From NCBI RefSeq assembly GCF_006345805.1, contig NC_043022.1:15996001-16060000 (forward strand): a DNA stretch of 64,000 nucleotides. Direction: 5' to 3'. This stretch comes from Octopus sinensis. Taxonomy: Eukaryota. The notes under the pieces are model-generated. The model was not told the DNA's origin, searched no databases, and worked only from the letters and a program-made list of their open reading frames with translations. The position numbers were made by a program, and so were the translations under genes. This document shows, one piece after another, positions 41,401 to 53,400 of this stretch. Positions within the stretch are counted from its first letter, which is position 1. Each line of letters opens with the position of its first letter.

Positions 41401-44400
41401 TCGAGCCAGTGGAATGTTTCCTTGGGGTTCCACTCCAGCAAAAAGTTTGAAAAGCACTGTCCTAGACAACAATGACTGTCCAAGAAACTCAAATTTTCAT
41501 TTACAAAAGAATTTCTTGACAACATCAATTCATGCTTTGGTTTGTCAACAGCAAGCGAGGGTCAGCAAAGCTAACTTTAACACAAGGCTTTTGGGTTCAG
41601 TCCCACAGCAGGGTACCTTGGGCAAGGGTTTTCTTTCATAAGACTGGACTGATCAATGTCTTGTGAATGATTCAGTAGATGGAAACTGTGTGGAAGCCTG
41701 TTGTATGTGTATGAGTAATATATATATATGCCTATATATTTGAGTATGTGTTGAGTTTGTCACCCCATTACTTGATAAATGGTGTTGATTTGTTTAGGCC
41801 TCCATAACAGTTTGGCAAAAAAAGCCTGATAGAATGAGTACTTGGCTTAAGAACCGGGGTCAATTTGTTTGACCAAACCTTTCAAGAGAGTACCCCAGCA
41901 GGGCCACGATCTAATGACTGAAACAAGCAAAAGATCTTTGACCCTTAAAGGACATTATCCAGAAGCAGCAAAGTAAACAATGGTAACTCGACTCATTTAT
42001 GGGGTTTGTTTCAGCCTGTTACACCTTTTAAACCTTGCTGACAATATTGATGTCCAACACGTTGAATCAAGCCCTCCTTCATCTTACATGAGTGCAGTGG
42101 TGGTAGTGACAGCGAGGGAGGACCAGTGAAGCAGCAGAACTCTATGACACACAACATGTTATTATATCAGAAGCCTGAAAGCAGTGAGCTGGCAGAAATG
42201 TTAGCACGCTGGGCGAAATGCTTTGTGGTATTTCGCCTGTCTTTATGTTCAGAGTTCAAATTCCACCAAAGTTGACTTTGCCTTTCATCCTTTCGGAGTC
42301 AATAAATTAAGTACCAGCTGTGCACTGGGATCGATCTAATCAACTGGTCCCCTCCCGCCCAAATTCCAGGCCTTGTGCCTATAATAGAAAGGGTTATATC
42401 ACAAGCCTCACTTCTTCGACTTCATTCCAATCTACTAATGTAAATAGCAGTGTGTCCCCTTTGTCTGTCTCTACTGAAAGAGTACTTTTGTTATGTCTGA
42501 ATTTTGTCTAAGTACTGACCGAAGTTATTTTAGTTGGTTGAGCTGCTGATTTTATAAAATGCAAAACGACAGCACTACTTGACAATGTTTTCACTCTCCC
42601 TCCATTATTAACAACAGCCTCGCCTGGCCCCCGTGCCGGTGTCACGTAAAAGCACCATCCGTTCGTGGCCGTTTGCCAGCTCCGCCTGGCACCTGTGCAG
42701 GTGGCACGTAAAAAGCACCCACTACACTCACGGAGTGGTTGGTGTTAGGAAGGGCATCCAGCTGTAGAAACACTGCCAGATCTGACTGGGCCTGATGCAG
42801 CCTTCTGGCTTCACAGACCCCAGTTGAACCGTCCATCCCATGCTAGCATGGAAAACGGACGCTAAATGATGATGATGAATGCATCCCTAAAATTTTTCTT
42901 TCTTCATGATGGTGTTGGACAAGTTGAAAATTATCTTAATTTTATTAAAAACAGCAATTTGTCAGCTCAACTCATTTCTTATGAGAAACACTGCAAGTTA
43001 TGAAGATTTCACGACCCTTGTATGTCCTGGAAACATTAACAAGGCACTTGTTTAGCCCAGTGGTTCTTAACCAGGGTCCATACAAGATTATACTAAAAGT
43101 ATAAACCAGTTTATAAAGTACAGTAAACTGGTTTATGCTTTTACTATACTCTTTTACTTGTTTCAGTCATTTGACTGTGGCCATGCTGGAGCACCGCCTT
43201 TAGTCGAGCAACTCGACCCTGGGACTTATTCTTTGTAAGCCCAGTACTTATTCTATCGGTCTCTTTTGCCAAACCGCTAAGTAACGGGGACATAAACACA
43301 CCAGCATTGGTTGTCAAGCAATGCTAGGGGGACAAACAAACACACGCATACACATATATATATACATATATATGACAGGCTTCTTTCAGTTTCCGTCTAT
43401 CAAATCCACTCACAAGGCATTGGTCGGCCCGGGGCTATAGCAGAAGACATTTGCCCAAGACGCCACGCAGTGGGACTGAGCCCGGAACCATGTGGTTGGT
43501 AAGCAAGCTACTTACCACACAGCCACTCCTGCGCCTATACACAAAATGTTTTAACTATTTTTTAAAATTCAATTCCTAATGATATTTAACCATAAAAATA
43601 CAACCGGATTTTTTTGTAAACATCAAATGTTTGAGGGTCCATTCAAGTAAAACAGCATTCAAAAGGGCCCATAGGTAAAAAAGGGTTGGGAATCACTGGT
43701 TTAACAGAATATTGAATAGAAGTGTGCAGACGTTTCACTGTCCACGTATAAATTATATTTAGTTATAGCCGTCTATTTTGTTCAATTAATTCCTGCAACT
43801 ACAAGTAATTAACCAGAAGGCAATATCACCCACGGATTTTCTACGAGCACCCACACGTATTTTTTTTAATAAGATTTATGTTGTTTTTACGTGACACTGA
43901 CGGTATTTTTTATAATTTTGTTAGTCTGTTCAAAAATGTATCGATAAATATATTTTCCCTAATTGCATATCATGACATTAACCTCTGTCACCGGTTAACA
44001 CAATCCTTTCTAACCTGGACGTATTTATATTAACAAAGGTGCACTGTCGATGTGTGTGCGTGTGTACTTCCCAGACACAGGTCACCTCTGAACATGCAGA
44101 CCTGTTATTAGAGACATCCCAACCGTGACCATCTAATTTTTTCCCGAGAGAATTTAGGACTACACTAACTAATGTGTCCTTTTATTTTAAGATGGTATAC
44201 ACACACACACACTATATATATATATACACACACACTTGATGGGGATTTGGTTGCTAACTTTAGCAAATCGAAAAGCTAGGTCGTGTACAAACACGCACGC
44301 ACATTGGCTAACGTTTAATGGGTTGCCGGAACATCCTGGAAAATTGTGTTGATGCAGTAAATTAGCCAAGGACATTGTCAACCGAGCAAAAACTCATTTG

Positions 44401-47400
44401 TGGCCAACGACATCCGACAACAACAGGAAAAAAAAAACCTTTGCCGAAAGACCAGCTGAAGCGAAACGAAATGGTTTCACCGGAAATCGAAAGTGCAATC
44501 TCTTGAGTCGACTTCGATTAGCAACAGGGAAGTTGTTAACGACTCGTTCGCACACCGACACAGGTAAATAAATGAGCGGTTTAGGAAGACTTGTTACATG
44601 GAAATAATGAGAGAGAGCAGACTTTACCTGTATAAGGACGCCCGGATCGATCACAGCCCAGTTTGTTGCTCAGTTCCTTCATGAGTCCATCCCTGACACC
44701 TCTGCGGAAATAATCGGCATGACTATGATCCCAAAGACAGGGATGAGCTGCCAAGAGGGGAAGACAGACAGGGAGAGAGAGAAAGAAAACATGTATATAC
44801 ATATATATATATATATAATAAATAGTAGCAGACAGACAGACACGGGGAGGGAGATCGGGGTTCGAATCGGGATTAAGACATACACGATCGGTTAGATAGG
44901 TGAGGTAAAATAGATGAATCCCAAAGACAGGGACGAGCTGCCAAGAGGGAAGACAGACAGGGAGAGAGAGAGAAAGAAAACATGTATATACATAGATATA
45001 TATAATAAATAGTAGCAAACGGACAGACACGGAGAGGGAGATCGGGGTTCGAATCGGGATTAAGATACACGATCTGGGTTTAGATAGATGAGGTGAAATA
45101 GATGAATATGAAAACACAGGTAAAGGTAAATAAATAGCAGACTGGGTAGTCTGAAATATATGATGTAAGAAAGAAAAGAGAGGAAAGGTTAGGAAAGATA
45201 TAGTTTTCCGAATGGAAAGTTAAAAGCAAAAGGAAAGAACGAAGGAGGAAGGGGGGGATGGGAATTGAAAAAAAAGTAAAAATGTGAGAACAACAAAACG
45301 AAAAACATCGAAGCAAGAAAGAGGAATGTGATAACGATTTGAATAACAAACGATGTACGCACCTTCGAAATAGTCGATGAGTTGGTTTTCTTTCTTTTTA
45401 TCCCACGTTACACGATAGTCAGCCATCTTAGCAATAGAGACAATAATAATAATAGAGGGGGGAGGAGGAAGAGGTGGAGAATCGGTGGGAGTAGGAGTGG
45501 CAGCAGTAGTAGCAGTGGTGGGGACGGTGGCGACGGCGACGGAGGCGGTGGTGGTTATGGATTAGTTATGTCTGACTCGATAACGCGATGGCTGTTGTTG
45601 TGTTGTTTGAAGACTCGGTCCGATCGAGCAGACGAAATGTAATCAAAGGCATTCTTCCAGCCATGACCACTACGTAATTAATTTTTTTTTTTTTTAAAGT
45701 TTCCCCAGTCACGGTGCACTCCGAGATCCTATCATCCACCGTCTCCGTCTCAGAAAACAGTGGGAAATGGCTTGAAGAAGATTTTTGACTGCTATTTCCA
45801 GCAATCGAGCGACTACGTAGAGAGTCCTTAACATTCAGACAATAATAAAGAGGGAGAGAAAGAGGAGAAAAGTAGTAGTAGTGGTAGTGGTAGTAGTAGT
45901 AGTAATGATGGTGTTATGGATTAGTTATGGCTTGTTTGATAAGTGATGACACTTCTGTGGTTGTTCTAAAACGATATGATTTCAAGAAGGCAGGGCAGTT
46001 ATTTCTAGCAATCAAGCGACTGCCTTGTGTTCAGAAGTGTTTCTTTCCATTTATATTACGGGGTCAGTGAAAAGTCGTGACTTTCCTTTTTTATTAAGAG
46101 GACCAGAAAGGGTCGGGCACCGGATGAGATACATTTTATATTTTAGTAAATGTAAATTTTCGTTTCTCAACGTTTTCACTTCTAAACCAGCAGGAATCGA
46201 TAATCGATCCCGGCATCTATAGCTCGCCACAAATGTGTCTCCCAGGAGCAATGCAAAGTATCATCAACATCATCATCATCATCATCATTAGCTCGCCGGA
46301 CGAAATGCTTAGCGGCATTTCTTCCGGCTTCATATGAGCTGAAATTCTACCGAAGTTCGATTTTGCCTTTCGTCTTTTCAGGATCGATAAAATAAGTACT
46401 CGTTAAGCCAGTGCTTTTCAGCCTTTTTGCTGGAGCGGAACCCCAAGAAAACATTTCACTGGCTCGAGGAACCCCTGTGCAATAATTTAATTGTCTTATG
46501 CACACATATCTGCACAGGAGAATTAAAAATTAGTCGATTTTAGCAGTTTTGTAACTTCTTGCGGAACCCTGGTTGAAAACCACTGCGTTAAGCATTGGGG
46601 CCTATGATACTGCTGGCCTTGTGCTAAAATTTAAAACCATTATGATTTGAGCAGAACCATTAGGACACCAGACAAAATGCTTAAGCAGCGTTTTGCCCGT
46701 TTTTCTGTTCTGGGTTCAAATATCACTAAGACTCTGCCTTTTCTCTTCCCAGGGTCAATGAAATAAACACCAGTTGAGGCTTGAAGTTGATGCAATCAAC
46801 TGGAACCCTCCCTCAAAATTTCAGGGATTGTGCTAAAGCAGAAAATATTATTATTATTAGAACCAATATTTTGCTGATGACTTGGTCTTTGGATTTGTCT
46901 GTGCTAAATTCTTGTTACAAGAAGCAAAGTAATAATAATAATAATGATAAAAAAAAGTTGTTTGCCGATTCTGTAGGAACATAGAGACTAGATGGAGAGT
47001 TCTATGTCGGCCTTGACTGAGCACATGATCGAAGGAGGTCCAGCCAAGCCTATCTCATCTTAATTTTTTTAGGAGTATTTGGGGCTATTATCTAATGTGT
47101 CCCTCCCCCTTTTTTAAGATCGTAGAGTGTGATTTTAAGAAATGTGGCTGCTATTTCTCACAGGTCAAGCAGCAGCACAGAAGCCCCAATTGCTGACTTA
47201 CAGTGAATGGTGTGAGTGTGTGGTGTGTTGACTAATATTGAAAGAAACGAAATGTAGATGAGGCTGGTCTGGTTTGTTGAGTCCATTTTCAAGCTCCAAT
47301 TCCTATTCATGGCAATTTCATAACCAATACCTAAAATGACCCTTTCAGACTGGTTGATCTTCAAGAAATGGTGGCCAAATCTGCTTCAAACTAAACAGCA

Positions 47401-50400
47401 AGTCTTTTCAGGAAATCCTAGGACTACATTAGATAAGGTAGTCTTAGTTCCCTGAAAATGGCATAATTGGAACCCCTTGACCATAGCCTGCTGGCTGAAG
47501 GCTGACCATAGGTGTAGGCGTAGCTGTGTTGTAAGAAGCTTGTTTCCGAACTACAGTGTTCCAGGTTCATTTCCACTGTGAGGAACACTTGGTGAGTGTC
47601 TTCTACTCTAGGCAAGGGTTGACTACAGCTTTGTGAGTGGATTTGGTAGACGGAAACTAAGAGAAGCCTTTTGTATATAAATGTGTGTGTATGCGAAAGT
47701 GTGGTGGTGTGTTTGTCCCCTACCATCGCTTGGCAACCAATATAGGGGTGTTTATGTCCCTGTTTAATGGTTTGGAGAAAAAAAACAAAAAAAAAGGAGC
47801 TGAAAGCATAAGTTCCAGGCTTAAAAAAGAAAAAGTGCAGGGGTTGATTCATTTAACTAAACAATTCTTCAAAGCAGTGCTCCAGCATGATGGCAATCTG
47901 AGGGAACCAAGTAAAGGATGAAAGACAGGGCTGAACAACATTATGTCATCTCCCTTCTTCCATTCTATTGACTGAAAGTTATGGGCCTGTGTGAAAAAAA
48001 AAAAGGTTTTATCCTATGTTCAGACATTCATGAACAGGAAAACAATGTGGTTACCCTTTCTCACTCGATTGGACAAACTTCTTCAATACTTCAGATAAAC
48101 TCACCCTATCAACTAAATTCAAGAAATTTAAGATTTTCCTAAGAAGCAAAATAGTTTTTATACACTGTTTCTTTCTCAGACTTTGCTTTAACAAAAGTAG
48201 AAACTGAAATTAAAATTTAACGTAATTTTATTAAACAGAAATTAGAGAAAAAAAAAAATGAATTCAAGGTTTGTGAAGTGGTTCAAGTAATAATCTTCTA
48301 TACAAAGGATCTCAGTACTCTGGGGCAAAGGTACCTTCAGTACTGCCTTCCACCTTAATTATCAGGCATGTGAGGCCAGAAGAAATTCTGTGCCCAAGGG
48401 AGACTGCCTCACCCCTCATTTTCCTCTTGATATGCTCCTGCTTTGCGACACTAGTAGATTTGGTATTTATTCTCAGCAGCCAGGACCCTTCTGCTGAGGA
48501 TCCACATAAGAGTTTGTTGTCAAAGTTTATGAGCAATAAACTGCTTATACTTCAATGATTTTTTTTAAAATAAAATTCCTTATTATTATTTAATTATAAA
48601 GAATGATGAGAATACACACCAATGAAATCAAATACATGTAATCTTTAATATGAAGGAACAAGGCAAAATCCCTCACCCAAACATGCTCGTGTTTACAGTC
48701 GAGCGAGAACAGCTTCACACAAAAAATACAGGTATGACAATAAAATAGGAAACAAGGAAGTTAAAATATTTGGAAAATGCCACTTAATGCAAGATAACAT
48801 TATAGAAGAGCTGTACTCTGCAGCAGAGGTGTTAAGACCCAATCCCTTTGGGTGTGTAAAGCACTCATGGCAGTGCCTGCGTGGTGCCACATAAAAGCAT
48901 CCAGCACACTGTGTAAAGTGGTTGGCATGTTAGGAAAGGCATCCAGAGACCAGGACAAATCAGACTGGAGTCTGGTGCAGCTCCCCAGCTTGCCACCTCT
49001 GGTCACACAACCCAACTCATGCCAGTAGGGACAGTGGACATTCAATGACGATCATCATAATGATATTTGATAAATGTTGGATAAAACTGTGTCACTCCAC
49101 TAAAAGTTAATTAGTTGTAGCCAAGAGAGCAACTGATGCTCTCCTGCTGATACTCCTAGCTTATCGCCAACCATTTTTGATGGCCTGCATGCTCGTTACC
49201 TGAGACATTTTATGTTAAAAAGAGATTTGTAAACAAGTTTGTTCACGATGAGAGGTATTCATTAACCACGGTGCAACAGTGATCTGTGCAGGTGTGTAAA
49301 AACCCTGCCAAAACAGACAGGTAGTCTTCTACCTGATTGACTCCTGTAACCTGTCCTACCCATGCATGCAAGGTAGACAGAGTAAAAATGAGTTGCATCT
49401 GTATTTCAAAGGGCCAACCTTGTCACATTCTGTGCCACACCGAATCTCCCCGAGAACTACATTAACCCTTTTGATACCAACTCAGCTGAAACCGCTCCTG
49501 GCTCTGTAGTAAAAATGTCTTGTTTGCAAAAGTTCTGGATTAAAATCTTCCACCAAACCTTAGACACAATTTATGTTCCTAACACTAGCTTAATGATAAC
49601 GAAGTTATTTTAATAAATTCTTTGTTATATTTAGAATTAATTGAAAGAAACACAGCATCTCAACAGAAATATGGCAACAAAAGAGTACACATGTCTGTGG
49701 AGTACTCAGCCACTTGCCATGTTAATTTCACAAGCAGGCTGTTCCATTGATTGGATCAACAGGAACTCCTCCTCATCATCATCGTTTAACGTCTGCTCTC
49801 CCTGCTAGCATGGCTGCACCAGGCTCCAATCTGATCTGGCAGAGTTTCTACTGCTGGATGCCCTTCCTAATGCCAACCACTCCGAGAGTGTAGTGGGTGC
49901 TTTTATGTGCCACCAGCACGAGGACCAGTCAGGCAGTACTGGCAACAGCCACGCTCAAATGGTGTTTTTTTTACGTGCCACCTATACAGGAGCCAGTCCA
50001 GTGGCACTGGCAATGACCTCATGCCATCATAATCAACAGAAGGCCAGTTTAGCTTAGTTTCTTTTTAATATCTTGCATATGAAAATATATCCCCATGTGT
50101 TCCATCATTTCCGTCACTGGAAATATTTGTGTAAGCAAAAAATTAAACAAATCTGAAAAATAAGTGCTCAATCGTCCACAAAAATCATTAAGTTTCGTAA
50201 AAATACTTTGAGAAAATATTTGCAGAATACACCTTAGCAGCCTTCACTAAAGTGAACCCTCGTCTAAGCATTTCAAATTTCAAACATCACATTGGATGGA
50301 AGCACTCTGTCGGTTACGACGACGAGGGTTCCGGTTGATCCGAATCAACGGAACAGCCTGCTCGTGAAATTAACGTGTAAGTGGCTGAGCACTCCACAGA

Positions 50401-53400
50401 CACGTGTACCCTTAACGTAGTTCTCGGGGATGTTCAGCGTGACACAGAGAGTGACAAGGGCGGCCCTTTGAAATACAGGTACAACAGAAACAGGAAGTAA
50501 GAGTGAGAGAAAGTTGTGGTGAAAGAGTACAGCAGGGATCACCACCATCCCCTGCTGGAGCCTCGTGGAGCTTTAGGTGTTTTCGCTCAATAAACACTCA
50601 CAACGCCCGGTCTGGGAATCGAAACCGCGATCCTATGACCGCGAGTCCGCTGCCCTAACCACTGGGCCATTGCGCCTCCACAGAAACATCACATTAGCAT
50701 ACAAAGGAAGAAAAAAACAAGTGAAAAGAAAGCATAGCTGATTAAGAGCTGTGGTGGCATTAACAGACGCCAGAATACCAAAGTTTGATTTATTTTGTTA
50801 TTTTATTGTCTTACCTTGGGTCATTCAAGAAACGAGTCACTTAAGAAAGAAGCAGAACTGCAACAGACTGGCCGTCAGTTTCTATGCTTTAGGAACATAA
50901 AAATTTCAAAGTTATATGGCACAGACAGATGTCATTTATACAATAACAACTACAAAAGAAAAAAAATAAACAGAGCAATAAACCACAATTTCTTACAATG
51001 ATGTGTATATATATATATATATATATACATATAAATATATGTACATATATATATGCATACATACACACAGATATATGCATTCATATGTATGTATATGTAT
51101 ACACACACACATATATATATGCATACATATATGTGAATATATATATGTATACATATGTATGTGTATGTATATATATATATGTATGTATGTATGTATATAT
51201 ATGTATATATATATATGTATGTATGTATACATATATATGTATATATGTATATATATATATATATGTATGTATGTATACATATATATATATGTATGTATAA
51301 ATATATATATATGTGTTTTATATATATATGTATTATATATATATATATGCATATATATATATATATATGAATATACATATATATAAACATTCCCCCCAAA
51401 TAAACACACATGACTGATGACTTTGAAACACACAAATCTTTTCTTTAGTACCAATAAATACACGTTTTATATATTTCTATATACATCAAGAACACATGAC
51501 ACAAAGAAAATAAAGTGGAATATTTCAAAGCGAAAGACGAACCTCCTCAGATGAGGAGGTCACAGAATGTCGAGAATTTACACACAAACAACACACTTTG
51601 GGGTTAAGGACGAAAAGAATATGAAGAAGCAGCAAGCATCTACCTCTGCCCATGATTTGTCTGATAATAACCGCTTCCAAACCATCAACATGTTTCCATT
51701 ACCATTTCCATTCTGTGCTTCGATGTTACCTCCAAATGTGACCGTATCATTGAGGGTCAGTGGTGCCTCTACTGACTGGCTCAAGTTCATGCTGCTCACT
51801 TCAAAGTACGGAATGAATGACCTGCAAAGATGGACCGGGAGAAACATTCAACAGAGCAATCGACAAAGTCTCTCTCGAGTCAACAGAGGAACATGTATGT
51901 GGTCTGTTAGATTGCTAGAAATAGCAGCAAAATATCCCTTAAATCATAACACCATATCTGGCCAAAATATTCTCCTTCACTCATTTGAGAGAGTCTTTGT
52001 GTTGCATGTGACTTGGTGACCTCACTGGTGCTGGTGCAATGGAAAAAACAAAAACAAAACACCCAATACATTCTTTGCCACCATCTCTCTCACCACCACC
52101 CTCTCTCTTTTACCTTGATCCCCCCATTCTCATTACCTTCCTCTCTAATACACTCTCCTTTCTTCTCCAACTGAGGTCTCCACACATCCACTCTACTGAA
52201 AGATGCCCGTCTCTGGCCCTCTGTATCTTTAATCTCACAGCTAGCACAAAGCCCACCCACTAAATACTACTCAGAGTTGAGGGGCTTTCATCATGCAAGC
52301 TACTTGGTGCCCCTGTGGGTACTGGTACCATGTAAAAAGCACCCAATACACTCTGTAAAATGGTTGGCATTAGGAAGGGCTTCCAGCTGTAGAAGCCATG
52401 GCAAAACAGACTATGGGACCTGGTGTGGCCTCTGACCATGCCAGCTCCTGTCAAACCATCCAATCCACGCTAGAACAGAAAATGAATGTTAAATAATGAT
52501 GATGAAGAAATACACTAATTTACTGAAGAGAGAAAATGAGATTTTATAACATTCATGCTATTTTCATCATCATCATCATCGTTTAACGTCCGTTCGCCAT
52601 GCTAGCATGGGTTGGACGGTTCGACCGGGGTCTGGGAAGCCAGGAGGCTGCACCAAGCTCCAGTCTGATCTGGCAGTGTTTCTACAGCTGGATGCCCTTC
52701 CTAACACTAACCACTCCGTGAGTGTAGTGGGTGCTTTTTAACATGTCACCGGCACAGGTGCCTGGGGAGTCTGGCAATGGCCATGATCGGATTGGTGCTA
52801 GCATAACTGAATAAAAATTAAAACTGATTTGCAACGTTAAGTGGAATTTAACGATTGGAAAATAATCATAAAGAACTCACTCATTTTCTGGATCTAAGTC
52901 ATAATGATCAAAAACATCTGTGGCATCAATACCAATCGTGATGGTGCCCTGTTAATACAAGAAATAAGAGATTTCGGTAAAGCAGCCAAGATATATTTAA
53001 ATAACAACAAATACGTCAAGAACTTTCGGTTCCATTGATCAACTTCTTTTGCAACTTCAATAAATCTCTAACATTTTCCCGTAAATTGCCCTAAAAACAT
53101 TTTTTCCTGTCATCCTCTTTCTCTTCCAATTGATATAGCCATAGATCTCCTCTACAACAAGACACCTGTTTCTGTTTCTCTATTATACTTTAACCCTTTT
53201 ATTTATGCAAATCAGTTTGAATTAATCAAGCATTATCTTGCAGTTTCAAGATTTCAATGATGTCATCATCGTTTAACGTCTGCTTTCCATGCTGGCATGG
53301 GTTGGATGGTTTGACTGAGGGCTGGCAAGCCAGGAGGCTGCACCAGCCTCCAATCTGATCTGGCAAGGTTTCTATAGCTAGATGCCCTTCCTAATGTCAA

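Noticed and set aside
47202-47330. 129-nt exon-like segment with a strong gtaagt donor in the host intron (minus strand)
   Set aside because: Weak polypyrimidine tract, a stop in the frame entering from DNAJC11, and no recognisable homology. It could be a 5' UTR exon but this is unsupported.
51541-51560. Perfect 9-bp hairpin ACCTCCTCA-GA-TGAGGAGGT downstream of a DNAJC11 donor
   Set aside because: Too short and isolated to distinguish from chance; no ribozyme core around it.
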